A stretch of 64,000 nt of DNA. It comes from Myxococcota bacterium (GTDB lineage Bacteria; Myxococcota_A; UBA9160; UBA4427). The DNA lies in the NCBI GenBank assembly GCA_965250285.1, contig OZ252299.1, forward strand, positions 4,736,001-4,800,000, given 5' to 3'. Shown here piece after piece: positions 48,056 to 57,638 of the stretch. Position 1 is the stretch's first letter, and the number at the start of each line of letters is the position of its first letter. The position numbers and the translations under genes are program-made. Under the pieces are notes generated by a model, which was not told the DNA's origin, did no database searches, and worked only from the letters and a program-made list of their open reading frames with translations.

Positions 48056-49381
48056 ATGGACGACATGAGCCTGCCCACGCACCGTGCTGCGGCGTCGATC
48101 CGCGAACCCGACCCGCCGCTCTCGGCCGACGAGCGCGCGCGGGGACGCCGCATCGCGATCACGAGCCACGCGTTCTCGATGACGTTCTCGATGGTGTTGC
48201 AGTCTCATCTGCCGACGCTCGCGCTGGTGTCGCTGGGCGCGAGCGAAGGGGTGATCGGGCTGCAGAGCGCGCTCAAGCTCGGTGACGTCGTGCAGCTGCC
48301 GGCGCTTCGCGCGGTCGCGCACTTCAGCAAGCGGCAGATCCTGCTCGCCGGTCAGATCGTCGGCCTGGTCGGTGCCCTGCCCTTCATCGCATTTCCGATG
48401 TGGCTCGATGCGAGCGCGTCACATCCGACCCTGGTTCCCTGGCTCGCGCTCTTCTTTTTCGCGGTCGTGACCGTCTCGCTTCGCGTCGGCGACGCCGTGT
48501 GGTTCCCCCTGTTGCGCGCCTACATGGAGCCTGGCGGCATCGGGCGCTTCTTCGGGACGATCCGGTCGTTCTGGCACCTCGCTCTGATCGTCTACTACCT
48601 CGCCGCCCAGATCTGGCTCGGCCGCCATCCCGATGGCTTCGGTCTGCTCTTCGCAGTCGCCTGGATCTGCGGCTTGACGCGTCTCGCCTTCATCATGCGC
48701 ATGCCCGAACGCGGCGAGCGCACGGGCGAGCGAATTCGTGTGCGCGAGGCCTTCGCTCTGCTGCGGCACGATCCTCGTCTACGGCGCTTCCTCGCCGGCT
48801 CGACCTGGGCCACCGCGGTGCGCGTCACCGTGATCCCGTTCGCGATCGTGATGATGCGTCGCGAGGTCGGCTTCACGTCGGCACACGTGCTGATGACGAC
48901 GGTGGCCTCGTTCGCAGGGGGCCTCGTCTCGCTCTACGGCTGGGGGCGCGTGATCGACCGCTTCGGCGCCGAACCGGTCTTCAAGAGCTCGTGCATCGGG
49001 CTCGGTGCGCTCACTGCCGCGCTCGTCGCCGTGAACGACGCGAGCCAGACCGCGCTCATGGGCCTCGTCCTCTTCTTCTTTCTACACGCGGTGCTGACCG
49101 CAGGCTTCGGAGTCGCCGACACCCACGTGCTCTTTCGCCTGACGCCGCCGGAGGCACCGGCGCGCACCCTCGTGCTCGCGAGTGTCGTGGTGGGGGCCCT
49201 CTCGAGCGTGGCGCCCATCGTGATCGGCTTCGGTCTAGACCGCTTCATCGCGAGCGCGAGCGATCCGCTTCTGGTCTACCATGCCCTCTTTGGCGGAGCG
49301 GCGGTGCTGCAGGCGCTCGCCTTCCTGCCGCTGCGGGGGCTCGATCACGCCGCTGGCTCGGAACTGCACCCGCACGGCTGA
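48056..49381 (+). CDS. MFS transporter
   Basis: About 12 TMs; GRFFGTIRS and WGRVIDRFG loop motifs. Confidence 0.85.
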   Translation: MDDMSLPTHRAAASIREPDPPLSADERARGRRIAITSHAFSMTFSMVLQSHLPTLALVSLGASEGVIGLQSALKLGDVVQLPALRAVAHFSKRQILLAGQIVGLVGALPFIAFPMWLDASASHPTLVPWLALFFFAVVTVSLRVGDAVWFPLLRAYMEPGGIGRFFGTIRSFWHLALIVYYLAAQIWLGRHPDGFGLLFAVAWICGLTRLAFIMRMPERGERTGERIRVREAFALLRHDPRLRRFLAGSTWATAVRVTVIPFAIVMMRREVGFTSAHVLMTTVASFAGGLVSLYGWGRVIDRFGAEPVFKSSCIGLGALTAALVAVNDASQTALMGLVLFFFLHAVLTAGFGVADTHVLFRLTPPEAPARTLVLASVVVGALSSVAPIVIGFGLDRFIASASDPLLVYHALFGGAAVLQALAFLPLRGLDHAAGSELHPHG

Positions 49382-49432
49382 CGCCGAACCGCCCCGACAC
49401 CGCCGCGATCCCCCCTCAGACCGAGTCGAGCC

Positions 49433-50968
49433 GTGACGACGACCACCGACCCCACAACGCCGAGACCCGTTGGCGGCAGTCCGCCGAGCGCCTTCGCCGA
49501 GCTCGTCCTCGTGAGACTCTCGGGCGACCTCACCACGAAGGCCGACGCCACGCGCAAGCGCTTCGTCTCGCGGCTGATCAAGAACATCAAGGACGCGCTC
49601 AAGGCCGAGGACTGCCGATGCCGCGTCGATCGCACCCGCAATCGGCTCTACGTCTATACCGAGCGCCCGGGCATGGCCGACGTCGTGCGGACGGTGTTCG
49701 GCCTGCAGTCGGTCTCGGTCGTCGAAGCCCGCAGGTTTACCACGGTCGACGACATCGTCGACGCCGGTGCCGAGATCTTCCCCGACGTCGTGCGCGGGCA
49801 GCGTTTTGCGGTGCGCGCGCGCCGGGTCGGCGATCGCCGACACATCGATATCAGCACTGGCGAGATCGAGCGCGAGCTCGGTACGCGGCTGCTCGAGCAC
49901 GGTGCGGGCGTCAACCTGAAGCATCCTGACCGCACGGCGTTCGTCGAAGTCATGCCGGGCACCGCCTACTTCCACTCGGAGGCGATCCAGGGCGAGGGCG
50001 GCCTGCCGCTGGGCAGCGAGGGACGCGCGGTGTCGCTGGTTTCGGGGGGCTTCGACTCGCCCGTGGCGACGTGGCAGCTGCTGCGGCGCGGCGTCGCGCT
50101 CGACTACGTCTTCTGCAACCTGGGCGGGCGAACCCATCAGCTCGAGACGCTGCGAGTGATGAAGGTCGTCGCCGACCGCTGGTCGCACGGCGTGCGCCCG
50201 AAGTTCCACGCCATCGAATTCGAGGACGTCTCGGCCGAGATTCAGGAGAAGACCGCCACGCGCTACTGGCAGGTCATCCTGAAGCGCATGATGTACCGGG
50301 CTGCCGACGCGGTGGCGCAAGAGCATGGCGGTCTGGCGATCGTGACGGGTGAGGCGGTGGGGCAGGTCTCTTCGCAGACGCTCCAGAACCTCGCCGTCAT
50401 CGAGCGCGTCACGCACCTGCCCGTGCTGCGGCCGCTCGTCGGCTATAACAAGCAAGAGATCATCGCGCTCGCGCGGCACATCGGAACGCACGACCTCTCG
50501 AAGCAGGTCGGTGAGTACTGCGCCATGGTGCCGACGCGGCCAGCAACGCGGGCACTTCTCGACGATGTCGAGCGCGAAGAAGCGCGCATGGATCTCGGTC
50601 TGCTCGAACGCGCTGTCGTCGAACGCAGTGTGTTCGATCTGCGTGGCCTCGACCTCGCGCGGATGGACGCACCCGAGATCGCCACCGATGCCATTGACGC
50701 AGGCAGCACGGTGATCGACGTGCGGTCGAAGGCCGCGTATGACCGCTGGCACTGGCCCGACGCGCTCCACCTCGAATTCGGTCAGGCCCTGGCAGCGTAC
50801 CCCCACTTCGACGCGAGTCAGCGCTACGTCGTCTACTGCGAGTTCGGCCTCAAGAGCGCCCATCTCGCCGATCGCATGCGCGATGCGGGGCTCCACGCGC
50901 AGCATGTGACCGGCGGCGAGAAGGCGGTCCAGAAGCTCGAGCCGATGCGGCCGGCCGGCGCGCGCTAG
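49433..50968 (+). CDS. thiI: tRNA 4-thiouridine synthase ThiI (THUMP, PP-loop, rhodanese)
   Basis: FAVRARRVG, GGLPLG, SGGFDS, TGEAVGQVSSQTLQNL, EYCA, C-terminal YCEFGLKS. Confidence 0.95.
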   Translation: MTTTTDPTTPRPVGGSPPSAFAELVLVRLSGDLTTKADATRKRFVSRLIKNIKDALKAEDCRCRVDRTRNRLYVYTERPGMADVVRTVFGLQSVSVVEARRFTTVDDIVDAGAEIFPDVVRGQRFAVRARRVGDRRHIDISTGEIERELGTRLLEHGAGVNLKHPDRTAFVEVMPGTAYFHSEAIQGEGGLPLGSEGRAVSLVSGGFDSPVATWQLLRRGVALDYVFCNLGGRTHQLETLRVMKVVADRWSHGVRPKFHAIEFEDVSAEIQEKTATRYWQVILKRMMYRAADAVAQEHGGLAIVTGEAVGQVSSQTLQNLAVIERVTHLPVLRPLVGYNKQEIIALARHIGTHDLSKQVGEYCAMVPTRPATRALLDDVEREEARMDLGLLERAVVERSVFDLRGLDLARMDAPEIATDAIDAGSTVIDVRSKAAYDRWHWPDALHLEFGQALAAYPHFDASQRYVVYCEFGLKSAHLADRMRDAGLHAQHVTGGEKAVQKLEPMRPAGAR

Positions 50969-51720
50969 CTCGGCTCGTCGAGCCCGTCGAGCAGCTTCTC
51001 GAGTAGCTGCTCGCGCTCGGCGGGATCCATCGCACGCAACCGACGCATCTGCTCGCGACGCCGTTCGCGCTCTTCTTCGGACATCGAACGCCAGCGCTCG
51101 GCATTGCGATCGAACTGCTCACGCTCCTCTGGCGAGAGCTCCATCAGGTCGTCCAGGCGGCGGCGCAGCTCGACGCGCTCGGCTTCGTCGAGTGAGCGAT
51201 AGCGGCGCATGCTCGAGCGCAGCTCCTTGCGCTCGGCTGCCGAGAGCGAACGAAGCTTGCGATGCAGGGCCTGCCGCTCTGCGGGCGTCATGTCGCGCAC
51301 GTGCTGCCGCATCATGCGCCGCTCCTCGGCGGGCATGCGGCGCCAGGCCTCGGCGGTGCGGCGCACCTCGCGCCGACGCTCGCGCATCACCGCCCGCTCC
51401 TCGGGCGTCGCCTGCTCGGCGACACGGCGCCGCAGCTCGAGCATGCGTCGGCGCTCTTCGGGGCTCGCATCGCGGAAGCGGCGCAGGTTCTCGGCTCGCA
51501 TCCGGCGCCGCTCCTCGGGGCTCGCATCGCGAAAGCGCTGGAGGGTCCGCCGGGCCTCGGGATCACCGGTGGCGCGCGCCTCGGTCTCGGCAGATGACGT
51601 CGCCGAGCCGCCCTCGCCCTGCGCGGCACTCGAATCGGCCCGCGCGAACGTCGACGGCCATGCCGACGACATGATCAGGCTCGCGAAGAGCAGCGCGATG
51701 TAAAGACGACGCCAGAGCAT
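50965..51720 (-). CDS. DUF3106-like secreted helical-repeat protein
   Basis: Signal peptide; repeated xSPEER/MPAEER/MSEEER units. Confidence 0.75.
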   Translation of the reverse strand: MLWRRLYIALLFASLIMSSAWPSTFARADSSAAQGEGGSATSSAETEARATGDPEARRTLQRFRDASPEERRRMRAENLRRFRDASPEERRRMLELRRRVAEQATPEERAVMRERRREVRRTAEAWRRMPAEERRMMRQHVRDMTPAERQALHRKLRSLSAAERKELRSSMRRYRSLDEAERVELRRRLDDLMELSPEEREQFDRNAERWRSMSEEERERRREQMRRLRAMDPAEREQLLEKLLDGLDEPS

Positions 51721-52376
51721 CAGATGCGTCCGTCGGCCTCCATGGCGTCGAGCAGCTCGAGCAAGTCGAGCTGCGCGATCACGTCGTAGTCGGTCAGCTG
51801 GTCGTACTCGATCGCGAGCGCCAGCTCTTCGTCGCTCGCGGCCTCGAGGTCGAGCTCGGTCTGCGTCCTCGCCTCGCCGGCGAGCTCGGGCTCGGGCTCG
51901 GGCTCGGGCTCGATCTGCGTCATCGCCTCGCCCGTGGTTTCGAACTCAGCCTCGCCTCCCGCATCGGCGATCTGCTCCCTCGGTGCATCCCCCTCGATCT
52001 CGATCGGCGGCGCGTCGTCGGCCACGCGCCGCGGCGCACGCTCGCCCGTCATCTCCCCGCTGCGCCCGATCCACAGCGCGAGCAGCACGGCGGCGGCGAT
52101 CGCCGCGGCGGCGCCGAGCATTCGGCGACCGAAGCGCGGGTGCACGTCGATCGGCACCGCCTCGCCGCCTGCACCTCCGCTGACCTCGGCCGCCGCGATC
52201 TTCGCATCGAGGCCGGCGCGCATGCGTGCCAGCTGCTCGGAGGCGACGGGTTCGTCTCGCAGCGCACGCACGCCTGCGTCGATCTCGCGCGCCTCGTCTG
52301 CGCTCACGTCGTGGGCGGAGTCGTCGGTCTCGGCTCGCCGGTCGTCCTGCGGCCCTGCGTCGTCGCGCTCGCTCAT
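51720..52376 (-). CDS. Putative membrane anti-sigma factor
   Basis: Single TM (AAAAIAAAVLLALW); ATGA overlap with the ECF sigma gene; acidic C-terminus. Confidence 0.65.
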   Translation of the reverse strand: MSERDDAGPQDDRRAETDDSAHDVSADEAREIDAGVRALRDEPVASEQLARMRAGLDAKIAAAEVSGGAGGEAVPIDVHPRFGRRMLGAAAAIAAAVLLALWIGRSGEMTGERAPRRVADDAPPIEIEGDAPREQIADAGGEAEFETTGEAMTQIEPEPEPEPELAGEARTQTELDLEAASDEELALAIEYDQLTDYDVIAQLDLLELLDAMEADGRI

Positions 52377-52936
52377 GCCACGCCTCCTCCCCCCTTCAGC
52401 CGACCGACGATGCTCGATCGGGCTCGGTGCACCAGCGCCTTCACCGACTTCTCGCTGGCCCCCAGCATCTCGGCCACCTCGCGGTGACTGCAGCCCTCGG
52501 CGGCCGACATCCACAGCGCCACGCGTTGGCGGTCGGGCAGCTCATCGAGGGCGCGAGCGAGCGCGGCGTGGGCCCGCCGGTCGTCGGTCAGTCGATCGGG
52601 GGATGGCGCCGGCGACGCCAAGGCGAGCGCATCGGCGTCTTCGTGACCGCGTGCCCGACGCGGCCGCTTCAGCTCGTTCAGCGCGAGATTCGTGGCGATG
52701 CGATAGAGGAAGGTCGAGAAGCGGGCGCGCGGTTCGTAGCGGTCGCGCGCGTCGTGCACACGCAGGAAGCTCTCCTGCACCAGCTCCTCGGCCGTCGCCG
52801 CGTCGCCCACCATCCTCTCCAGGTATCGCAACAGCGGCCCCGCCCAGCGCTCGAAGAGCTGGTCGAAGGCACCGGCGTCACCAGCGCAGAAGGCCAGCAT
52901 GCGGTCGACGTCGGGATCGCGAGGTTGCGGTTCCAT
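52373..52936 (-). CDS. ECF RNA polymerase sigma-70 factor
   Basis: GDAGAFDQL, AEELVQESFLRV, FSTFLYRIATN, LPDRQR, EVAEML..SEKSVKALVHRAR. Confidence 0.95.
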   Translation of the reverse strand: MEPQPRDPDVDRMLAFCAGDAGAFDQLFERWAGPLLRYLERMVGDAATAEELVQESFLRVHDARDRYEPRARFSTFLYRIATNLALNELKRPRRARGHEDADALALASPAPSPDRLTDDRRAHAALARALDELPDRQRVALWMSAAEGCSHREVAEMLGASEKSVKALVHRARSSIVGRLKGGGGVA

Positions 52937-53012
52937 TGTCTCGTCTTCTCGAACACCCCGGCGCCAAGAAGGTTGCGCGCTGTCTGGGGCTATCGGGGAC
53001 GCGCTGACCCGC

Positions 53013-53837
53013 TCACAAGGCCCCGATTTCCTTCAGAAAATCGACGACCAGGCCGTTGAAGGCGTCGGCCTCTTCGATGTTGAGGATATGGCCGGCGCCG
53101 GCCAGCACCCGGTGTCGGGCGTCGGGCAGCTTGGCCGCCATCACCTCGGCCGCCTGGAAGTACGCCGCGTCGTCCTCACCGACCACGACGAGCGACGGGG
53201 CCGCGATGTCGGCCAGATCGTCGATCACCGACGGAGCGAGCCCCGCGACGTGGCGTCCGAACTCGGCCAGCCCATGTGCATCCTGGGCGACGAACGCGGC
53301 GCGCGCCGCCTGGGCGGCCGGCAGCTCGGGCCGTCGACCGATGCACGTCGAAGCGGCCTTGCCGTCGACGAACGCCTCGAGGCCACGCTCTTCGAGGTAC
53401 CGCGCGGTGCGTTCGCTCTGCTCCTTCCAGCGCGCGGCCGCCTCGGGCTTCTTGAAGCCCGGGCCACTGCCCGCCAGCACGAGGCCGCGGACCCGGTCGG
53501 GGTGGGCCACCGCAAAGTGCAACGACGCGAGGCCGCCAAACGACAGGCCGGCGAGCACCACTTTCTCTCCCGGTGCGACCGCATCGACCAGCTGGGCCAG
53601 ATCGCCGACCACGCGCTTCATCTCGAAGCCCGAGGCATCGGTGGGCACACCCGAGCGACCGTGGCCCCGGAAGTCCCACAGCACCACGCGTGCACCCGCG
53701 GCCGTGAGCGCCGGCACCTGGGGCAGCCAGTTCACGCGCGTCGTCGTGTACGCGCACGAGAACACGATGGCAGGGCCGGTGTCGCCGTGCACCTCGTAGT
53801 CAATCGGGGTTCCGTCGGCGGCGATCAGCTCGGGCAC
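53013..53837 (-). CDS. Alpha/beta hydrolase
   Basis: WDFRGHGRS, nucleophile GLSFGG, GEDD, AGH. Confidence 0.9.
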   Translation of the reverse strand: MPELIAADGTPIDYEVHGDTGPAIVFSCAYTTTRVNWLPQVPALTAAGARVVLWDFRGHGRSGVPTDASGFEMKRVVGDLAQLVDAVAPGEKVVLAGLSFGGLASLHFAVAHPDRVRGLVLAGSGPGFKKPEAAARWKEQSERTARYLEERGLEAFVDGKAASTCIGRRPELPAAQAARAAFVAQDAHGLAEFGRHVAGLAPSVIDDLADIAAPSLVVVGEDDAAYFQAAEVMAAKLPDARHRVLAGAGHILNIEEADAFNGLVVDFLKEIGAL

Positions 53838-53939
53838 GGGGCGCTCCAGCGGGTGTCGGGTGTCGCCGACACGCGTTCGACTCGCACTCGACGAGTCAGG
53901 AAGAAAGAGAGAGAAGGCGGTCGGATGCGGCGAGTCGCG

Positions 53940-54362
53940 TCAGTCGCTTGCGGCGAGCTTCGCCTCGAGCGCCTCGGTCATCTCGTCGATCTGGTCCTCC
54001 ATCGGACCCTTGATCGTGAACTCGGGCACGAGCCGTTTGGTGGCGCCCTCGAGGTGAAGGACGACACGGCAGGTATCGCCGAGATCCTCGAGCTCGACCT
54101 GGCCGGCGAGCGACTTCCAGACGTTGCCGTCGCAGACCTTCTCGAAGCGGATGCCCCCATCCATCTGGTAGTCGATGTGGAAGGTCGCGGTGCCCTCGCG
54201 GCCGAGCGCGGTGTATCGCGTGCGGGTGGTGATGCGATCGCCCGAGCGATCGACCACCTCGGTCTCACCGGGGAACAGCGAGACCAGCGTGTCTTCGTGA
54301 CCGAGGGCGTCGCTCACGCGGTCGAACGATCGCGGGGCGGTGAAGCTGCGCTCCATCTTCAT
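53940..54362 (-). CDS. SRPBCC/CoxG-like ligand-binding protein
   Basis: 140 aa, helix-grip-like pattern; AAGGAGG RBS. Confidence 0.65.
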   Translation of the reverse strand: MKMERSFTAPRSFDRVSDALGHEDTLVSLFPGETEVVDRSGDRITTRTRYTALGREGTATFHIDYQMDGGIRFEKVCDGNVWKSLAGQVELEDLGDTCRVVLHLEGATKRLVPEFTIKGPMEDQIDEMTEALEAKLAASD

Positions 54363-54483
54363 CGCGGTCCTCCTTCCAGGCGGTCCCCGTCGCGGCGGTC
54401 CCCTGCATCGCGGTCCTCGTTGGCGCCGCCTGGCCGGGCGACGTGGGCAAGCTACCCGATCCCGGCCCGCGCCGGGGCCAGCA

Positions 54484-56190
54484 CTAGCGAATGTCGACCA
54501 GCACGGGCGGCACCAGCAGCGGGTGGCCGGCGGGCAGCTGACGGACGATGGACTCGAGCGTGCGGACCGATTCGGGCCAGGGCAGCGCACCGAAGGCCCA
54601 CGCCGTCGCCCGGGTGCGTGTCAGCTCGACGAGCTGCTCGCTGAACGTGAGCGGCGCGGGGAAGAGCCGCAGAACGGCGTCGTCGGTCTCGGCCAGACCG
54701 AGCTCACGCTTCACCAGCTGGACGGCGGCATGCAGACCGCCGAGCTCGTCGACGAGCCCGCGCTCGTAGGCCTGTCGACCCGTCCAGACCCGCCCCTGCG
54801 CGATCTCGTCCACCTGCTGCGTCGACATGTCGCGGCTCTCCGACACGCGCGTGAGAAAGAGCGCGTAGGTCTGCATCACCGAACGGTCGAGGATCGCCTG
54901 AGCGCCGGGCGAGAGCGGCTGCCCCGAGAGCAGGAAGTCGGCGTTCTCGCCGCGGGTGAGCGGCACCATCGTGATTCCCGCCTTGGCGAGCGTGTCCCCG
55001 AGCGCGGGGCGCAGCGCAAAGACGCCGATCGAGCCGGTGAGCGTGTTCGCGCCCGAGACGATGTAGTCGGCACCCGTCGCTGCGTAGTAGCCGCCTGAAG
55101 CGGCGACATCGGAGAACGACGCGATGAGCGGCTTGCCGCGCTCGCGCGCGCGCGTCATCGCGTCGTGGATCTGTTCGGACGCGAGCGCCGAGCCGCCGGG
55201 GCTGTCGATCCGCAGGATGATCGCGTCGATGTCGTCGTTCTCGGCCGCGTCGAGGATCGCCTCGCTCGCGGTGCGCGCCGCAAAGACCATGTCACTGCTG
55301 CGGCCGGCCTCGCCTTCGACGACGTTGCCGGTGCCATAGATGAGCGCGATCTCGGCCTTCGCGTCGATGCCCACGTCATCGAGCGTCACCCCCGCGAAGG
55401 TGTGCTGTGACACCACGTTGCCGCCGATCGTGTCGAGCAGCGTCTTGAGATGCCCCACCCCATCGACGAGACCCCGCGCCTGCAGCTCTTCGGGCAGGAT
55501 CAAGCCCTCGTCGACCATGCCGCGCACGGTCGCCACATCGAGGCCCCGCCCCTCGGCGATGGCGGTGAGAAACGTTCCGTTCAGATCGTCGAGCAACGAG
55601 TCAGCCATCTCGCGGGCCGGGTCGGACATGCCGGTCCCCGTGTACGACTCGACCGCGCTCTTGTACTTGCCGACGCGCGCCACGTCCCACTGGACGCCGA
55701 GCTTCTCGAAGAGCCCACCGAGAAAGAGGTACTCGGCCGCGAGCCCGACGATCGGCACAGAGCCTCCGGGCACGACGTGGATCTCATCGGCCGCGGTCGC
55801 GAGGTAGTACTCGCGACCGGCATTGAACGCAGCGAGATCGAGGTAGGCCGTCGTCGGCTTGCCGGCTTCGCGGAGGCGACCGATGGCATCGCGCAGCTCG
55901 TCGACCTTGGCCCAGCCGATGCCGAGGCGACGGATCACGATCACGACCCGCTCGATCCGATCGTCGCGAATCGCGAGATTGAACTGCGAGCCGAGCTGCG
56001 TGAACGAGCTGCGTCCATCCCCGAGCAGGCGATCGAACAGCGGCGCCTGGGCGCCCTCGACGTACGAGCCTTCGAGCTCGAGCACCAACGTGCTGCCCGG
56101 CTCGATCTCGACCGGCGGCGGATCGGCGAAGACGATCGACAGCACGAAGAGGCCGAGCAGGATGAGCAGCAGAATACGCAGACGCTTCAT
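54484..56190 (-). CDS. sppA: Signal peptide peptidase SppA (protease IV, long form)
   Basis: YYLA..ADEI, GKYKSAVE, LRIDSPGGSALASE, AASGGYY, TGSIGV, AQGRVWTG.QA...GLVDELG. Confidence 0.93.
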   Translation of the reverse strand: MKRLRILLLILLGLFVLSIVFADPPPVEIEPGSTLVLELEGSYVEGAQAPLFDRLLGDGRSSFTQLGSQFNLAIRDDRIERVVIVIRRLGIGWAKVDELRDAIGRLREAGKPTTAYLDLAAFNAGREYYLATAADEIHVVPGGSVPIVGLAAEYLFLGGLFEKLGVQWDVARVGKYKSAVESYTGTGMSDPAREMADSLLDDLNGTFLTAIAEGRGLDVATVRGMVDEGLILPEELQARGLVDGVGHLKTLLDTIGGNVVSQHTFAGVTLDDVGIDAKAEIALIYGTGNVVEGEAGRSSDMVFAARTASEAILDAAENDDIDAIILRIDSPGGSALASEQIHDAMTRARERGKPLIASFSDVAASGGYYAATGADYIVSGANTLTGSIGVFALRPALGDTLAKAGITMVPLTRGENADFLLSGQPLSPGAQAILDRSVMQTYALFLTRVSESRDMSTQQVDEIAQGRVWTGRQAYERGLVDELGGLHAAVQLVKRELGLAETDDAVLRLFPAPLTFSEQLVELTRTRATAWAFGALPWPESVRTLESIVRQLPAGHPLLVPPVLVDIR

Positions 56191-56348
56191 TTCGAGATCC
56201 CTCTGCCGGCCGGCGGACCGACCCAATCACGTGCGAGTGCCGCGAAGCTACCACTTCCCGCACGCCGACCGCGGCGCACGGCTGACGTATGATCGCGAGG
56301 GGGGCGCGCACCGCGTCCCAGGGTGTGCACGCATCGAAAGGAGGCGCC

Positions 56349-56768
56349 ATGAGCCCCGAAGATCTCGTCCAGATCGAGGCGATCAAGCAGCTGAAGGCCC
56401 GCTACTTCCGCTTGATGGACACCAAGGACTGGGATGCCTGGGAGCACGTCTTCACCGACGACGCGAGCCTGCGCTGGGGCCCCGAGCCCGATCAGATCAT
56501 GCACGGTCGGCCCACGATTCGGGCCGGCGTGTCGGGCTCACTCGAGGGGGCCGTGACGGTGCACCACGGCCACATGCCCGAGATCGAGCTGACCGGGTCG
56601 GATACGGCGAAGGGCATCTGGGCGATGTTCGATCGCGTCGACCACCCCGAGTACCTGCTGATCGGGCTCGGGCACTACCACGAGACCTACCGCAAGGAAG
56701 CCGGCGACTGGCGGATCGAGACACTCGTGCTGACGCGTCTCTACGAGGAGCGGACGCCCAAGGACTGA
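56349..56768 (+). CDS. SnoaL-like protein (BaiE/LinA-type)
   Basis: AAAGGAGG RBS; IEAIKQLKARYFRLMDTKDW, TVHHGHMPEI, GIWAM.D, GHYHETY. Confidence 0.85.
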   Translation: MSPEDLVQIEAIKQLKARYFRLMDTKDWDAWEHVFTDDASLRWGPEPDQIMHGRPTIRAGVSGSLEGAVTVHHGHMPEIELTGSDTAKGIWAMFDRVDHPEYLLIGLGHYHETYRKEAGDWRIETLVLTRLYEERTPKD

Positions 56769-56864
56769 TCGCGGTGCCGATGCGCGCGAGGCCGTGACGC
56801 GCCGCGGTGTCGCCCGCCTCGCCGCGCCGACCTACTCTGTTTGCACCGCGCCACGGAGGGGTCC

Positions 56865-57236
56865 GTGCCGTTCGAGTACGAGTTCCGCACAGAGCTGCGC
56901 CAGCTGCGCATCCGTTGGTCGGGCGACGTCGACGACGCCGACCTGTTGACCGCCGATCAGGAGCTGCGCGCGCACCCCGAGTTCGACCCCGACTTCGACG
57001 TCCTGGTCGACTTCAGCGCCGCATCCTCACGCGAGGTCTCGCGCTCGGGCATCCTGCAGGTCGTGGCCCGGCCGCCGGCGATGTCGTCGAAGAGTCGTCG
57101 CGTGTTCGTGGTCTCGGACGATCTCGGCTTCGGCCTCGGGCGCATGTTCGAGCAGCTGCGGGGCGTCGATACCGGCGAGACGCTGATCTGCCGCGACCTC
57201 GGTGAAGCCGAGCGCTGGCTGGCGCGTGAAGACTAG
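56865..57236 (+). CDS. Hypothetical protein (STAS/SpoIIAA-like alpha/beta fold)
   Basis: GGAGGG then GTG; LVDFS, FGLGRMF, EAERWL motifs. Confidence 0.7.
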   Translation: MPFEYEFRTELRQLRIRWSGDVDDADLLTADQELRAHPEFDPDFDVLVDFSAASSREVSRSGILQVVARPPAMSSKSRRVFVVSDDLGFGLGRMFEQLRGVDTGETLICRDLGEAERWLARED

Positions 57237-57274
57237 GTCGCCGAGGCGTGGCTCGATCGACGCCCGGGCATGAT

Positions 57275-57577
57275 TCAGAAGACGGGGCCCGACTCGCTGA
57301 CCTGGTGCTTGGTGACCTCCATGCCGGTCATGCCGAGGCCCCCCATCTTGCCCGTGAACGTCTTCATGTGCGGCGCAGCGAAGTGCGCGTCGAGCGCGCC
57401 CTGATCTTCCCACTGCTCGATCACGCGCAGGACGCCGTCTTCGACCAGATCCCACGTGAACGCGTACTCGACGTTGCCGGCCTCGGCCCGCGTCGCCTCC
57501 ATCATCTCGATGGCGGCGGCCGTCGCTTCTTCTTTCTTGGCGGGATCGAGGGTGATCTTGCCTGCGATCAGGATCAT
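57275..57577 (-). CDS. Putative quinol monooxygenase (ABM family)
   Basis: GAGGAG RBS; ATRAEAGN..Y, IEQWED..ALDAHFAAPHM. Confidence 0.88.
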   Translation of the reverse strand: MILIAGKITLDPAKKEEATAAAIEMMEATRAEAGNVEYAFTWDLVEDGVLRVIEQWEDQGALDAHFAAPHMKTFTGKMGGLGMTGMEVTKHQVSESGPVF

Positions 57578-57638
57578 CGGTGGGCTCCTCGCGACCGCTC
57601 GGGTCGCGCACGGTGGGAGGGCCGGTCGAGTGGGTGCG

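Noticed and set aside
51886..51912. Hexamer microsatellite (GGCTCG)n
   Set aside because: Simply encodes an in-frame EPEPEPEPE linker in the anti-sigma; unit length 6 cannot phase-shift
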